In this document: positions 37,459 through 46,752 of the stretch, piece by piece
Layout: each line of letters begins with the position of its first letter
Position numbering within the stretch: the stretch's first letter is position 1
Assembly: GCA_035534055.1 (NCBI GenBank)
Contig: DATLST010000022.1
Location: forward strand, 12,557-76,556
DNA from: Candidatus Acidiferrales bacterium
Lineage (GTDB): Bacteria > Acidobacteriota > Terriglobia > Acidiferrales > UBA7541
Length of the DNA: 64,000 bases
Reading direction: 5' to 3'
Position numbers and translations under genes: made by a program
Notes under the pieces: generated by a model
Database searches by the model: none
What the model was told of the DNA's origin: nothing
Seen by the model: only the letters and a program-made list of their open reading frames with translations

Positions 37459-38628
37459 ATGCCAGACTTGATCTCGCACAACGGTACAGTAGCCAGTTCG
37501 CTCAACGGTACGGTAACCAGTTCGCACAACGGTACGGTAGCCAGTTCGCTCAACGGTATTCACGCCCCGTCGAGTATTCCCGTCCCCTCAATTCGGCGAC
37601 AGATACGCGGAATTGCGATTGTGGGGCTTGGCTATTGGGGCCCGAACTGGGTGCGGAATTTTTCCCAGATACAAGGAATCGAGCGGGTGGTCTGTTGCGA
37701 CTTCAGCCGGCCGCGCCTCGATCATATCAAGAGCCGTTACCCGTCGGTGGTGGTAACCGAACAGCTTGAGCGCGTGCTGGACGATCCGCTGGTGGATGCG
37801 GTGGTGGTCGCGACGCCGGTAAATACTCATTTCGAAATCGCCAGTCGCTGCCTCAAAGCAGGCAAGTCAACCCTGGTCGAGAAACCTCTCGCCACCTCAT
37901 GCGAGCAGGCCGAGCAGCTAATCCGGATGGCGCACGAACGCAATCTGACGCTGATGTCGGGCCACACCTTCGAGTACAGCGCGCCGGTGATCAAGATCCG
38001 CGAGCTAATCGATAGCGGAGAATTAGGCAATGTCTTCTACATAAGTTCAGTGCGCGCGAATCTCGGCCTGTTTCGGCGCGACGTCAATGTAGTCTGGGAC
38101 CTCGCCGCTCACGACATCTCGATCATTCTTAAGTTGCTCGGCGAAATGCCGGTCGAGGTGACGTGCCAGGGCGAGAGCCATTATCACGATCACGTCGAAG
38201 ATGTCGCGCTGATCACGCTTCGCCTGGCCAACAATGTTATCGCCTTCGTGCACGTGAGTTGGCTCGACCCGAACAAGATTCGGCGGATGACAGTGGTGGG
38301 TTCGCGCAAGATGCTGGTGTACGACGACACGGCGTTGCAGGAAAAGATTCGGGTTTACGACAAGGGCGTAACCAAGCATCCCTATTACGATACCTTCGGC
38401 GATTTTCAACTGTCGTACCGCTACGGCGACGTGAACATCCCGCGTATCGACGAGTCCGAACCGCTTAGAGTTGAATGCGATCATTTCATCGATTGCATCG
38501 CGAGCGGCGTTTTACCGAACAGCGACGGTCACAGCGGAATGCGGGTGGTTAAAGTTCTGGAAGCAGCCAACCTCTCGCTAAAAAATCACGGGCAGCCGAT
38601 AACGATCTCAGCAACCGCGACCATCTGA
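37459..38628 (+). CDS. Gfo/Idh/MocA-family sugar oxidoreductase (WbpB-like) with repeat-containing N-terminal extension
   Basis: GGAGG 8 nt upstream of the ATG. Rossmann GIAIVGLGYWGPNWVRNF. EKPLA motif. No alternative in-frame start before the Rossmann motif. Confidence 0.85.
   Translation: MPDLISHNGTVASSLNGTVTSSHNGTVASSLNGIHAPSSIPVPSIRRQIRGIAIVGLGYWGPNWVRNFSQIQGIERVVCCDFSRPRLDHIKSRYPSVVVTEQLERVLDDPLVDAVVVATPVNTHFEIASRCLKAGKSTLVEKPLATSCEQAEQLIRMAHERNLTLMSGHTFEYSAPVIKIRELIDSGELGNVFYISSVRANLGLFRRDVNVVWDLAAHDISIILKLLGEMPVEVTCQGESHYHDHVEDVALITLRLANNVIAFVHVSWLDPNKIRRMTVVGSRKMLVYDDTALQEKIRVYDKGVTKHPYYDTFGDFQLSYRYGDVNIPRIDESEPLRVECDHFIDCIASGVLPNSDGHSGMRVVKVLEAANLSLKNHGQPITISATATI
37477..37560. repeat. 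24-bp tandem repeat, 3.5 copies, in-frame (HNGTVASS/LNGTVTSS)
   Basis: cacaacggtacagtagccagttcg / ctcaacggtacggtaaccagttcg / cacaacggtacggtagccagttcg / ctcaacggtatt. Confidence 0.9.
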
Positions 38629-38646
38629 CTCATACGAGGCCTGGTT

Positions 38647-39144
38647 ATGTCACTACTCGAATCAACCCCCGCCGCACGCGCCTTGACCGACGTGAGTTTG
38701 GGCGAGGACGTGCGCTTCGGACCGTTCGTAAATCTTTACGGGTGCAGCGTCGGAGACGGCTCCCGAATAGGCGCATTCGTCGAGGTTCAGCGCGGTGTCC
38801 AGATAGGTAAGCGCTGCAAGATCTCGAGTCACTCGTTCGTGTGTTCCGGCGTCACTATCGAAGACGAAGTGTTCATTGGCCACGGCGTGCTGTTCATCAA
38901 CGATCGGCATCCGCGCGCAACCAATTCCGATGGTTCGTCGAAGCGCTCTGAGGACTGGGTACTGGAACGTACCTGTGTGCGGCGCGGTGCTTCAATTGGA
39001 AGCGGCGCAATTATCATGTGCGGTGTCGAGATTGGTGCCGGGGCGATGGTTGCCGCCGGGGCATTGGTGACCTGTGACGTTCCTGCGCAGGCGACGGTCT
39101 TGGGCATACCGGCTCGCCTACATTCCAGCCCCCAAACTTCTTAA
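38647..39144 (+). CDS. Left-handed beta-helix (hexapeptide) N-acetyltransferase, WbpD-like
   Basis: 165 aa. Imperfect hexapeptide repeats (GDGSRIGAFVEVQRGVQIGKRCKISSHSFV..., GASIGSGAIIMCGVEIGAGAMVAAGALV). Confidence 0.8.
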   Translation: MSLLESTPAARALTDVSLGEDVRFGPFVNLYGCSVGDGSRIGAFVEVQRGVQIGKRCKISSHSFVCSGVTIEDEVFIGHGVLFINDRHPRATNSDGSSKRSEDWVLERTCVRRGASIGSGAIIMCGVEIGAGAMVAAGALVTCDVPAQATVLGIPARLHSSPQTS

Positions 39145-39163
39145 CTGCACGGAGTCGAACAGA

Positions 39164-40303
39164 ATGCCAGTCAAATTTTTGGACTTGGCGGCGCAGAACC
39201 GCGAAATCATGCCCCAGGTCGAGCGCGGATTCGAGGAAATCCACGAAAAGACTTCATACGTCGGCGGCCCGCAGGTCGCCGCCTTCGAAAGTGAATTTGC
39301 CGCTTTCCTGGGGGCGCGTCACGTAGTCAGCGTGGCGAGCGGAACCGATGCGCTCAGGCTGGCCCTGCTTGCGATCGGTATCGGACCGGGGGACGAAGTT
39401 ATCACGACTCCGATGACATTTATCGCGACCGCCGAAGCGATCGTTCAGACGGGCGCGCGGCCTGCGTTTGTCGATATCGACCCGAGCACCGGGAATCTGA
39501 GCGTTCCGGAAATAGCGCGCTACCTGGAACGAGGGCGCTTTAGCTCTCCCAACGGCCCGCGCGCGATACTTCCAGTACATCTCTATGGCTTACCCGCCGC
39601 CATGATCGAATTGCGCAACCTCGCGCAAGCGTGCGACCTGAAGATAATCGAGGACGCATGTCAGGCTCATGGCGCGCGGCTCAATTATCAGGGGCAATCG
39701 CTGTATGCCGGCACCATCGGCGCGGCGGGCTGTTTTAGTTTTTATCCCGGCAAGAACCTCGGTGCCTGGGGAGAAGGCGGCGCGATCGCCACGAATGATG
39801 AGGACCTGGCTGCGCAGGTACGCACGCTAAGGGATCACGGCCGTCTATCGCATTACGCCCACAGTGCATACGGCTACAACGCGCGGCTCGATACGATCCA
39901 GGCGGCAGTGTTGCGTCCCAAACTTGAGCGCTTGGAGCAGTGGAACGCCCAACGCCGTCGGCTCGCTGCTCTTTATCGTGAAACTCTGTCCGCGGACGGC
40001 CTGACGCTGCTCGCTGAACCCGCGGGGACCGAGTCATGTTACCACCTGTTCGTCATCCGCAGCGATCGGCGCGACACCATCCGGACCGAGCTGCTGCGCA
40101 ATCAGATCGAATGCGGGATCCACTACCCGGTTCCGCTTCATCTGCAGCCTGCCTGCCGCGAGCTGGGATACGGCCATGGGGATTTTCCGCATGCCGAGAA
40201 GATGGCTGACAGCGTGCTGTCGCTGCCGATGCATCCGTTCCTAACCGAGCGCGAGGTGAAGACGGTCAGTCATGCGGTAAACCGCGCGCTCGCGACAGGA
40301 TGA
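39164..40303 (+). CDS. DegT/DnrJ/EryC1/StrS-family PLP aminotransferase, WbpE-like
   Basis: Start MPVKFLDLAAQN. GTDALRLAL, IEDACQAHGA, FSFYPGKNLGAWGEGG (Schiff-base Lys), HLFVI. Confidence 0.9.
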   Translation: MPVKFLDLAAQNREIMPQVERGFEEIHEKTSYVGGPQVAAFESEFAAFLGARHVVSVASGTDALRLALLAIGIGPGDEVITTPMTFIATAEAIVQTGARPAFVDIDPSTGNLSVPEIARYLERGRFSSPNGPRAILPVHLYGLPAAMIELRNLAQACDLKIIEDACQAHGARLNYQGQSLYAGTIGAAGCFSFYPGKNLGAWGEGGAIATNDEDLAAQVRTLRDHGRLSHYAHSAYGYNARLDTIQAAVLRPKLERLEQWNAQRRRLAALYRETLSADGLTLLAEPAGTESCYHLFVIRSDRRDTIRTELLRNQIECGIHYPVPLHLQPACRELGYGHGDFPHAEKMADSVLSLPMHPFLTEREVKTVSHAVNRALATG

Positions 40304-40307
40304 TGTT

Positions 40308-41744
40308 GTGCTAGGCGGGGAACTACAACGTCAGAAGGCGTTACTGGCGGCCACCGACGCAATAGCAGTCGCAGGCGCGGCAGCACTATCGCAGGTTCTC
40401 CGAAGCCGCAACCTCTACCCGCTTCAGCCCGGCAGTTGGGCCGAAGCGGTGGCCGGCGTAACGATGCTGGTCGTGGTCTGGATTCTTGTCGCGCGGGCGG
40501 TGGGGCTTTACCGAAACAGCCGCCGGCATGAAGTCAGGGCGATTATCAAGGCCAGTTGCGCGGCGTGGTTCACGATTGTAGCGATCATTTTTTTTGTTCA
40601 TCTTGCGCCGTCGCGGCTGGTGATCGCCATCGGCCTGGCGCTGACGATTGGTTTTGTCATGACAGCGCGCATGCTGGTGCGCCGATGCATGAAGTTCTTT
40701 TACTCGCGACCCCAGGTCGCGGTGCCTTTGGTGATCGTAGGCGCCAATACGTTCGGTACTTATCTGCGCGACCGAATAAGGGAAGAGCTCACGCAATATG
40801 AATTCCTCGGCTTTGTAGATGATCGCCCCGGCTCGAACGGCTCCAATGGGTCGAACAGACTTGGGGTAGCGCCATCGCCGGTAATCGGAGGCCTGGAACG
40901 CATCGCGAGCCTGTCTGCCGAACACTCCAATCTGGAGGCGATGATTGTGCTTCCGGAGCGCGATCACGATCAGGTCGAACACGTTATCGAACTTTGCGAA
41001 CAACATCGAGTGCGCTGGCGGGTGATGCCGCAGGTGGCGCGATCGATGGCTCTCACGGTCGAGATGGTAGGCACGATTCCTCTAATCGGACCTCCGGGAT
41101 CGAATATCGAAGGGCTCAACTGCATCGTAAAGCGCGGATTCGATGTCGCGATGGCGACACTGATGCTGCTGGTTCTGTCGCCGATTTTGGTGCTCGCGAC
41201 AATTGCGATCTGGCTGTTCGACGGATCTCCTTTGCTCTTTCGCCAGACGCGGATCGGGATCCACGCCAAACCATTCGAACTGCTGAAATTTCGTACCATG
41301 CGTACCCACTGCTCGGACACCGTTCATCGCGAGTACGTCAAAAAGTGGATTCAAGTCAACGAAATAGAGCGTCCGGAATCGCACCACGACAAAGTTTATA
41401 AAATTGAAGACGACCCTCGGGTGACCGCAATGGGAAGGTGGCTCCGACGATTCAGCATCGATGAGCTGCCCCAACTCGTCAACGTTCTATATGGAAATAT
41501 GAGCCTCATCGGACCACGGCCAGCAATGCCGTATGAGTTGGAGTTGTATCAGGAATGGCACCGGCATCGGCTCGACGCGCCACCGGGAATCACCGGGCTG
41601 TGGCAGGTCAGCGGCCGCAATCGATTGTCCTTCGACCAAATGGTGCGGTTGGATATCGAATATATCGAAGATTGGTCGCTAGCCGGCGATATGGACATTT
41701 TGCTGCGGACGTTACCGGCGATGCTGCAGGGGAGCGGAATGTGA
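40308..41744 (+). CDS. Polyprenyl-phosphate glycosyl-1-phosphate transferase (WbaP/EPS priming sugar transferase)
   Basis: Four N-terminal TMs, a central domain, and the bacterial sugar transferase domain (KRGFDV..LSPIL.., FRQTRIG..KPFELLKFRTM, DELPQLVNVLYGNMSLIGPRP). Confidence 0.9.
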   Translation: MLGGELQRQKALLAATDAIAVAGAAALSQVLRSRNLYPLQPGSWAEAVAGVTMLVVVWILVARAVGLYRNSRRHEVRAIIKASCAAWFTIVAIIFFVHLAPSRLVIAIGLALTIGFVMTARMLVRRCMKFFYSRPQVAVPLVIVGANTFGTYLRDRIREELTQYEFLGFVDDRPGSNGSNGSNRLGVAPSPVIGGLERIASLSAEHSNLEAMIVLPERDHDQVEHVIELCEQHRVRWRVMPQVARSMALTVEMVGTIPLIGPPGSNIEGLNCIVKRGFDVAMATLMLLVLSPILVLATIAIWLFDGSPLLFRQTRIGIHAKPFELLKFRTMRTHCSDTVHREYVKKWIQVNEIERPESHHDKVYKIEDDPRVTAMGRWLRRFSIDELPQLVNVLYGNMSLIGPRPAMPYELELYQEWHRHRLDAPPGITGLWQVSGRNRLSFDQMVRLDIEYIEDWSLAGDMDILLRTLPAMLQGSGM

Positions 41745-43258
41745 AATCAGCCCCGGCCGACATCAGCGCCGCCGCGAACGTCGAGGGCTGGCACTCGCCG
41801 GCCTTCGCGCGCGGCGTTCGCGACAACGTGATCGGTGAGATTGGTCTCCAGGTCGTGCGGGTCGGCGGACTGGTGGTGCTCGCGCGCGCGCTGACCCCGT
41901 CGGACTTCGGACTGTTCAGAGTACTGGTCATCGTCAGTGCGATCATGATGGTGGTCAACGATTTGGCGGCACCCGATACTCTCGTGCAGCGCCATGAGTT
42001 GACCAGCGTGCACGAAACCTCAGCGTGGTGGGCGACCATTTCGGTATCGACCCTCACCTGCGGCGCGCTCTACCTCATCGCGCCGTTGATCGCGCAAGCG
42101 ATGGCGATGCCCACGATTGTCGGTGCGCTGCGCTTGCTGTGCATTCCGATCCTGCTCGAGGGCGCGAGCTCGGTGCCGCTAGCGAGGCTCACGCGCAGAT
42201 TAGAATTCCGCACCCTCGCGATCGCGGAGGTGCTTGGAGAGTTGGCTTTCATGGGGGTCGCGATAGGGCTGCTCGTGATGGGTCTTCCGCGCTGGAGTCT
42301 GGTCGGCGGACTGTCCGCGCGAATGGGCGCCCATGCGCTGCTGCTGTTGTGCGCCGAACCGTATGCCCCGCAGGGCCGACCGAGCGCGACCGCACTGCTC
42401 GAACTCCGAAGCTTTGCCAGCGGTGCGTTGGGCGGACAAATCCTTCACGCCCTTTCCTCCAACGCAGACTACCTGCTGGTGGGACGGATGCTTGGAAGTT
42501 CTGCGCTGGGCTTTTACGGCATGGCGTGGGATCTGCTCCGTTTCGTACCCGACCGCCTTTACAAAGTGGCCGGCCGCGTGACGGTGCCGGCTTTCTGCCG
42601 TCTGCAGCATGAACCCGAGCAGCTGCGAGGCGCCTACCTGAGCTTCTTAGGTTATATGAGCCGGATCATCGTGCCGCCGCTGGTTTGTATCGCGATCGCG
42701 GCGCCTGAGCTGTTGCGGCAGATTTATGGACCCCAGTGGGTTGCGGCCGCAACTCCCATGCGCATCCTGAGCATCGGAATAATTACGATCGGCCTGCGCG
42801 CGGGAATGGGCGCGATTTATTATGCCCTGGCACGCCCGATCTTCGACATGTATCTGCATGGACTTCGACTCGCGTTGATCCTGATTGCGGTGATGGTCAC
42901 GGCGTCGAGTGGGCTGCTCTGGGTCTGTGCGGCGGTAAGCGCGGTGGAGGCCGTCTGCAGCGTCATCGGGCAGTCGGTCGCATGTCGCATGCTGAGCGTA
43001 GGATTCGGGAAGGTGTTGCTTGCTTTGGCGCCCGGTTTTACTGTCGCGGCGGCCTGCGCGGTTGCCACCCTGGCCGGACGCATTCTGGCGACCAACCTCG
43101 GACTGGGTGGTGTGCCGGAACTGTCGCTGATGGTTGCGCTGCCGGCGCTTGTGTTCCTGCTGATCGAAGCCCGTACCGTTCGTGAAATGCTCGGCAGCGC
43201 GCTCGGTTCCGTGAGCATGCACGACGGGCTTGCCAACCCCGGCAAAGGTCACGCGTAG
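41741..43258 (+). CDS. Wzx-type polysaccharide flippase (MOP superfamily)
   Basis: GTG at 41741 overlaps the upstream stop (GTGA). About 12 TM helices. The ORF-track start at 41555 lies inside the previous gene. Confidence 0.75.
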   Translation: MKSAPADISAAANVEGWHSPAFARGVRDNVIGEIGLQVVRVGGLVVLARALTPSDFGLFRVLVIVSAIMMVVNDLAAPDTLVQRHELTSVHETSAWWATISVSTLTCGALYLIAPLIAQAMAMPTIVGALRLLCIPILLEGASSVPLARLTRRLEFRTLAIAEVLGELAFMGVAIGLLVMGLPRWSLVGGLSARMGAHALLLLCAEPYAPQGRPSATALLELRSFASGALGGQILHALSSNADYLLVGRMLGSSALGFYGMAWDLLRFVPDRLYKVAGRVTVPAFCRLQHEPEQLRGAYLSFLGYMSRIIVPPLVCIAIAAPELLRQIYGPQWVAAATPMRILSIGIITIGLRAGMGAIYYALARPIFDMYLHGLRLALILIAVMVTASSGLLWVCAAVSAVEAVCSVIGQSVACRMLSVGFGKVLLALAPGFTVAAACAVATLAGRILATNLGLGGVPELSLMVALPALVFLLIEARTVREMLGSALGSVSMHDGLANPGKGHA

Positions 43259-43259
43259 C

Positions 43260-44453
43260 ATGGCCCGAATATTGATCATCGCCTATACCGCCTATGCGCG
43301 CGACGGCCGCGTCAAGCGGCAAGCCGAAGCCTTGAGCAGTCGCGGCGATCAGGTTGACGTGCTCTGCCTCGCCGACGAGCAGCTCGCCGATACAAATGGA
43401 GTAACAGTCATTGAACTGCGAGTTCCGCGTTATCGCGGCGCGAACAGGATGAACTACCTTCGAAGCTATATCAACTTCTTCAGCCGCGCCGCCGCACTAG
43501 CCGTCCGACGCAGTCTGACAGCGCCTTACGATGTAGTGATCGCTTGTACGATGCCGGACGCTGCAATTCTCAGCGCGTTACCCTGTCGGCTGTTCGGATC
43601 CAAGTTAGTACTCGATGTTCACGATACGATGCCTGAGTTGTACTTGGACAAGTTCAGCGGCCGCCACGGACACATCGGCGCAGGGATGCTGATGCTTCAG
43701 GAACGCTTTAGCGCATGGCTCGCCGACCTGGTGCTGGCTGTGCACGATTTACACGCTGAACGCCTGCATCAATCCGGCGTCCCGCTGCGCAAGCTGGTGG
43801 TGATTGCCAATGCCCCCGATCCGCGCATCTTTCCGGTTGCAGGTCCAGACCGCCGCTTCGCTTGCGCAGAAAGCAAACCGGATGACGGACCGTTCTCGAT
43901 CGTCTGTCATGGCACGATTTCGCGCCGTTTGGGTCTGGATACCGCCTTAGCCGCGCTGGCCTTGTTGCACGGGCGGTTCCCTCTCATTCGGCTTAGGGTG
44001 ATCGGCGGGGGTGATTATCTGAATGAGCTCAAGACGCTCAGCCGCAGGCTGGGTATCGAGTCCGCAGTTAGTTTTGAAAATCCGGTTCCGATTCAGGAAC
44101 TGGCAGTAAGGCTCGGGGAGTCGCACGTCGGCCTGGTACCGAACCGCGCATCGCGCGCCACTCATCTGATGCTGCCGGTCAAGCTGCTGGAATACGTGGC
44201 GCTCGGGATGCCGGTAATATGCGCTCGCTTACGCACGGTAGAGCACTATTTCAGTGAGAAGTCGCTTCGTTTCTTTTCTTCGAACAATGCGGAGGAACTG
44301 GCAGAAGCGATGCAGGATTTGTATCTCATTCCTGCGCTTCGCCGGAGCCTTTCGAACTCGGCTGCGAAGGTCGTAAACACCTTGAGCTGGCCCGTGCATA
44401 GCCAACGCTTTTGCGATGCAGTCGACTCACTGCTCAAGATTCAGGAGGAGTAG
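43260..44453 (+). CDS. Glycosyltransferase family 4 (GT-B)
   Basis: Start MARILIIAYTAY. C-terminal GLVPNR...LPVKLLEYVALGMPVI (EX7E-like region). Confidence 0.85.
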   Translation: MARILIIAYTAYARDGRVKRQAEALSSRGDQVDVLCLADEQLADTNGVTVIELRVPRYRGANRMNYLRSYINFFSRAAALAVRRSLTAPYDVVIACTMPDAAILSALPCRLFGSKLVLDVHDTMPELYLDKFSGRHGHIGAGMLMLQERFSAWLADLVLAVHDLHAERLHQSGVPLRKLVVIANAPDPRIFPVAGPDRRFACAESKPDDGPFSIVCHGTISRRLGLDTALAALALLHGRFPLIRLRVIGGGDYLNELKTLSRRLGIESAVSFENPVPIQELAVRLGESHVGLVPNRASRATHLMLPVKLLEYVALGMPVICARLRTVEHYFSEKSLRFFSSNNAEELAEAMQDLYLIPALRRSLSNSAAKVVNTLSWPVHSQRFCDAVDSLLKIQEE

Positions 44454-44457
44454 CAAG

Positions 44458-45315
44458 GTGCAGGGTCCAATATCTATGGTTGTCGGTTTAGGAGAAGTGG
44501 GGGGCGCTCTCGCGCAGGTGCTGAAGCGCAGCGGCCGCATTCTCGAGCACGATCTCGAACCACTCGAGTTCGGTGAACCAGTCGGCGTGATGCATATCTG
44601 CTTTCCATTCACGCGGCAGGCGGGCTTTGTAACCGCTGCGCTCTCCTATATCGAACGCTTTAGGCCCGAACTGACGATCATCAACAGCACCGTCGTTCCG
44701 GGCACCACGCGGATGATAGCCGAACAGTCCTCAGCCCCGATCGCTTACAGTCCGGTGCGCGGCAAGCACTTTCGGATGGTGGACGACCTGCTCAAATACC
44801 GCAAGTTCGTCGCCGGTATTGACGAGCAGGCCGCAACTCGCGCCGCCGAACACTTCTGCGCAGCCGGCCTGACGGTTCAACGGATCAATAAACTGGAAAC
44901 TCTCGAGTTGGCCAAGCTTGCGGAGACCACTTACTTCGGTGTGTTGATTTCCTTTGCACAGGAACTCAATCGGTACGCGAATCAGGTACACGGCGACTAC
45001 GCGGAAGCCCTGGACTTTTTCGACGAAGTCGATTTTTTGCCCCACACCAAATACCACCCTGGCTTCATCGGCGGGCATTGCGTTATTCCAAACATCCAGT
45101 TGCTGCGCACGATCCAGACGTCGCCGCTGCTGGAGGCGGTACTCGAATCTAATCGGCTGCGCGCCGAAGAACAGGCTAACGAAGCGAAGACCGCGGCGCC
45201 CGGCGCGCCCACCGCGGAGTCCGCCGCACGCGGCCGCGAACGAATTGTCGGTTCCGCTCCGAAACTAGGGGCTGCTGTCGAGCGAAGTTCGTCGCCGACT
45301 CTAGAGAAACGATAA
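44458..45315 (+). CDS. Short UDP-glucose/GDP-mannose dehydrogenase-like protein lacking the C-terminal nucleotide-sugar domain
   Basis: AGGAGG 11 nt before the GTG. GLGEVGGALA Rossmann. INSTVVPGTTR. LELAKLAETTYFGVLISFAQEL. GGHCVIPN (catalytic-Cys-like). Ends in an Ala/Pro/Glu-rich tail instead of the UDP-binding domain. Confidence 0.55.
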   Translation: MQGPISMVVGLGEVGGALAQVLKRSGRILEHDLEPLEFGEPVGVMHICFPFTRQAGFVTAALSYIERFRPELTIINSTVVPGTTRMIAEQSSAPIAYSPVRGKHFRMVDDLLKYRKFVAGIDEQAATRAAEHFCAAGLTVQRINKLETLELAKLAETTYFGVLISFAQELNRYANQVHGDYAEALDFFDEVDFLPHTKYHPGFIGGHCVIPNIQLLRTIQTSPLLEAVLESNRLRAEEQANEAKTAAPGAPTAESAARGRERIVGSAPKLGAAVERSSSPTLEKR

Positions 45316-46745
45316 TGGAATGTGCCCAGCCATCGAGGACATACAAGCCGCCGGCAAGCGCAATGCTGTGCGGCATGGCTGTGCTGGGCCTTCTGGCACT
45401 ATTGATGCTTCAGTCGCGGAACGTTGCGCTTGGCATCGTTGGCATTGCAGGCGGAATATTGATGATCTGGGTTGCCTGGCGCGTGCAGCGCGACGAGGCT
45501 CAGCTGCTATGCGCCCTGCTGGTGATCGAAGAACTCAGCGGGGCTACCTTTTTGCCGCTTACCGATAATCAGCACTACATGGTCCGCTACCCATTGCTGA
45601 TAGCATTTTGCGTTACCGCAGTGTGGACGGGATCGCGAAGGATGGAGATTTGGCGAGGTGGATTTCGCGACTACCTGATTTATTTCGGCTTGGGTGTCAT
45701 AAGCATTGGTTATTCGTTGGTGCCGGAGTATTCCGCCGCCAGGATAGGGGCCGCATTTCTGATATTTATGGGGATAGTCACGATAGCGTGGTCGGTAACT
45801 GACCGAAAAAGCGTCGACCGTCTGCTGAAGTGGTACCTAATCGGCACCGGGATCGTGTGGATAGTGGTGTTACTCGGCATGGTCCTTATGTCCCAGGATC
45901 TGGTGTGGGACGTCGAGAAAGTGAGCGGCGTGGTGCGGCTGCGAAGCATATACGGTTCGCCGAACGCGATTGGGGAAATGGCACTCGCGACGATCGGTAC
46001 CGGAATGGTCGTCTGGGGCTCCATGGATGGATGGAAGCGGGTGCTGCTCGGGGCAGAGATGGCAATTGCATTGGCGCTCGGCGTGCTCGCGGATTCGCGT
46101 TCGCCGTTTGTCGGTGTGGCGGTTGGCGGACTGTTGTATTTGATTTGGAGATACCGGATGCGCGCGGTGCCGATGATTGTTGTGCTGGGTGTGGTGAGCG
46201 TTGGGCTTGTTTCCCAGCTGAATCCCAAATATCTGACGCGCGGCAACGTGTCGAGTCTGACTGGGCGGACCGAGATCTGGAGATTTGCGATCGAGAAGAT
46301 CGAACAGCGTCCACTGTTCGGATGGGGCTTCGAGGTGGAAGGGGAAATCATGAAGGCCCGCGACTTCCCGATCTGGTGGGGGCCGTGGGAGGAGGGGCCG
46401 CGCAGCTCTTTGCACAACGAGTACCTGTCAAAAGCGGTCAGCCTCGGTGTTCCTGCGCTGCTCTTTTGGGTGTTTTTCTTCATGCGCCCGTGGCTTGCGC
46501 TGCTAAGAAGCAAGGAGGATCCGTGGAATTTGAAACCGCTGTTCTTTCTCGTTGTCGTTCCAGTTCTGCTCCTGGACTTTACCGAAGGCACCGCGGGTGA
46601 GTGTCGCTTCGCGGTGGGAATCATCGCGACGCTTGGTTGGGCACTGGCGGAAAGGTGGCGACTGGCGACTAGGCAGCGGCGTGCCGCGACGGTTTCACCG
46701 CAGCCCCTCATCCTGACGACACCTTCGCTGCGGCGGACAGGCTGA
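45315..46745 (+). CDS. O-antigen ligase / Wzy-type polymerase family membrane protein
   Basis: About 11 TMs. Periplasmic loop TGRTEIWRFAIEKIEQRPLFGWGF...SLHNEYLSKAVSLGVPALL is typical of the Wzy_C domain. Confidence 0.8.
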   Translation: MECAQPSRTYKPPASAMLCGMAVLGLLALLMLQSRNVALGIVGIAGGILMIWVAWRVQRDEAQLLCALLVIEELSGATFLPLTDNQHYMVRYPLLIAFCVTAVWTGSRRMEIWRGGFRDYLIYFGLGVISIGYSLVPEYSAARIGAAFLIFMGIVTIAWSVTDRKSVDRLLKWYLIGTGIVWIVVLLGMVLMSQDLVWDVEKVSGVVRLRSIYGSPNAIGEMALATIGTGMVVWGSMDGWKRVLLGAEMAIALALGVLADSRSPFVGVAVGGLLYLIWRYRMRAVPMIVVLGVVSVGLVSQLNPKYLTRGNVSSLTGRTEIWRFAIEKIEQRPLFGWGFEVEGEIMKARDFPIWWGPWEEGPRSSLHNEYLSKAVSLGVPALLFWVFFFMRPWLALLRSKEDPWNLKPLFFLVVVPVLLLDFTEGTAGECRFAVGIIATLGWALAERWRLATRQRRAATVSPQPLILTTPSLRRTG

Positions 46746-46752
46746 TGGATTC

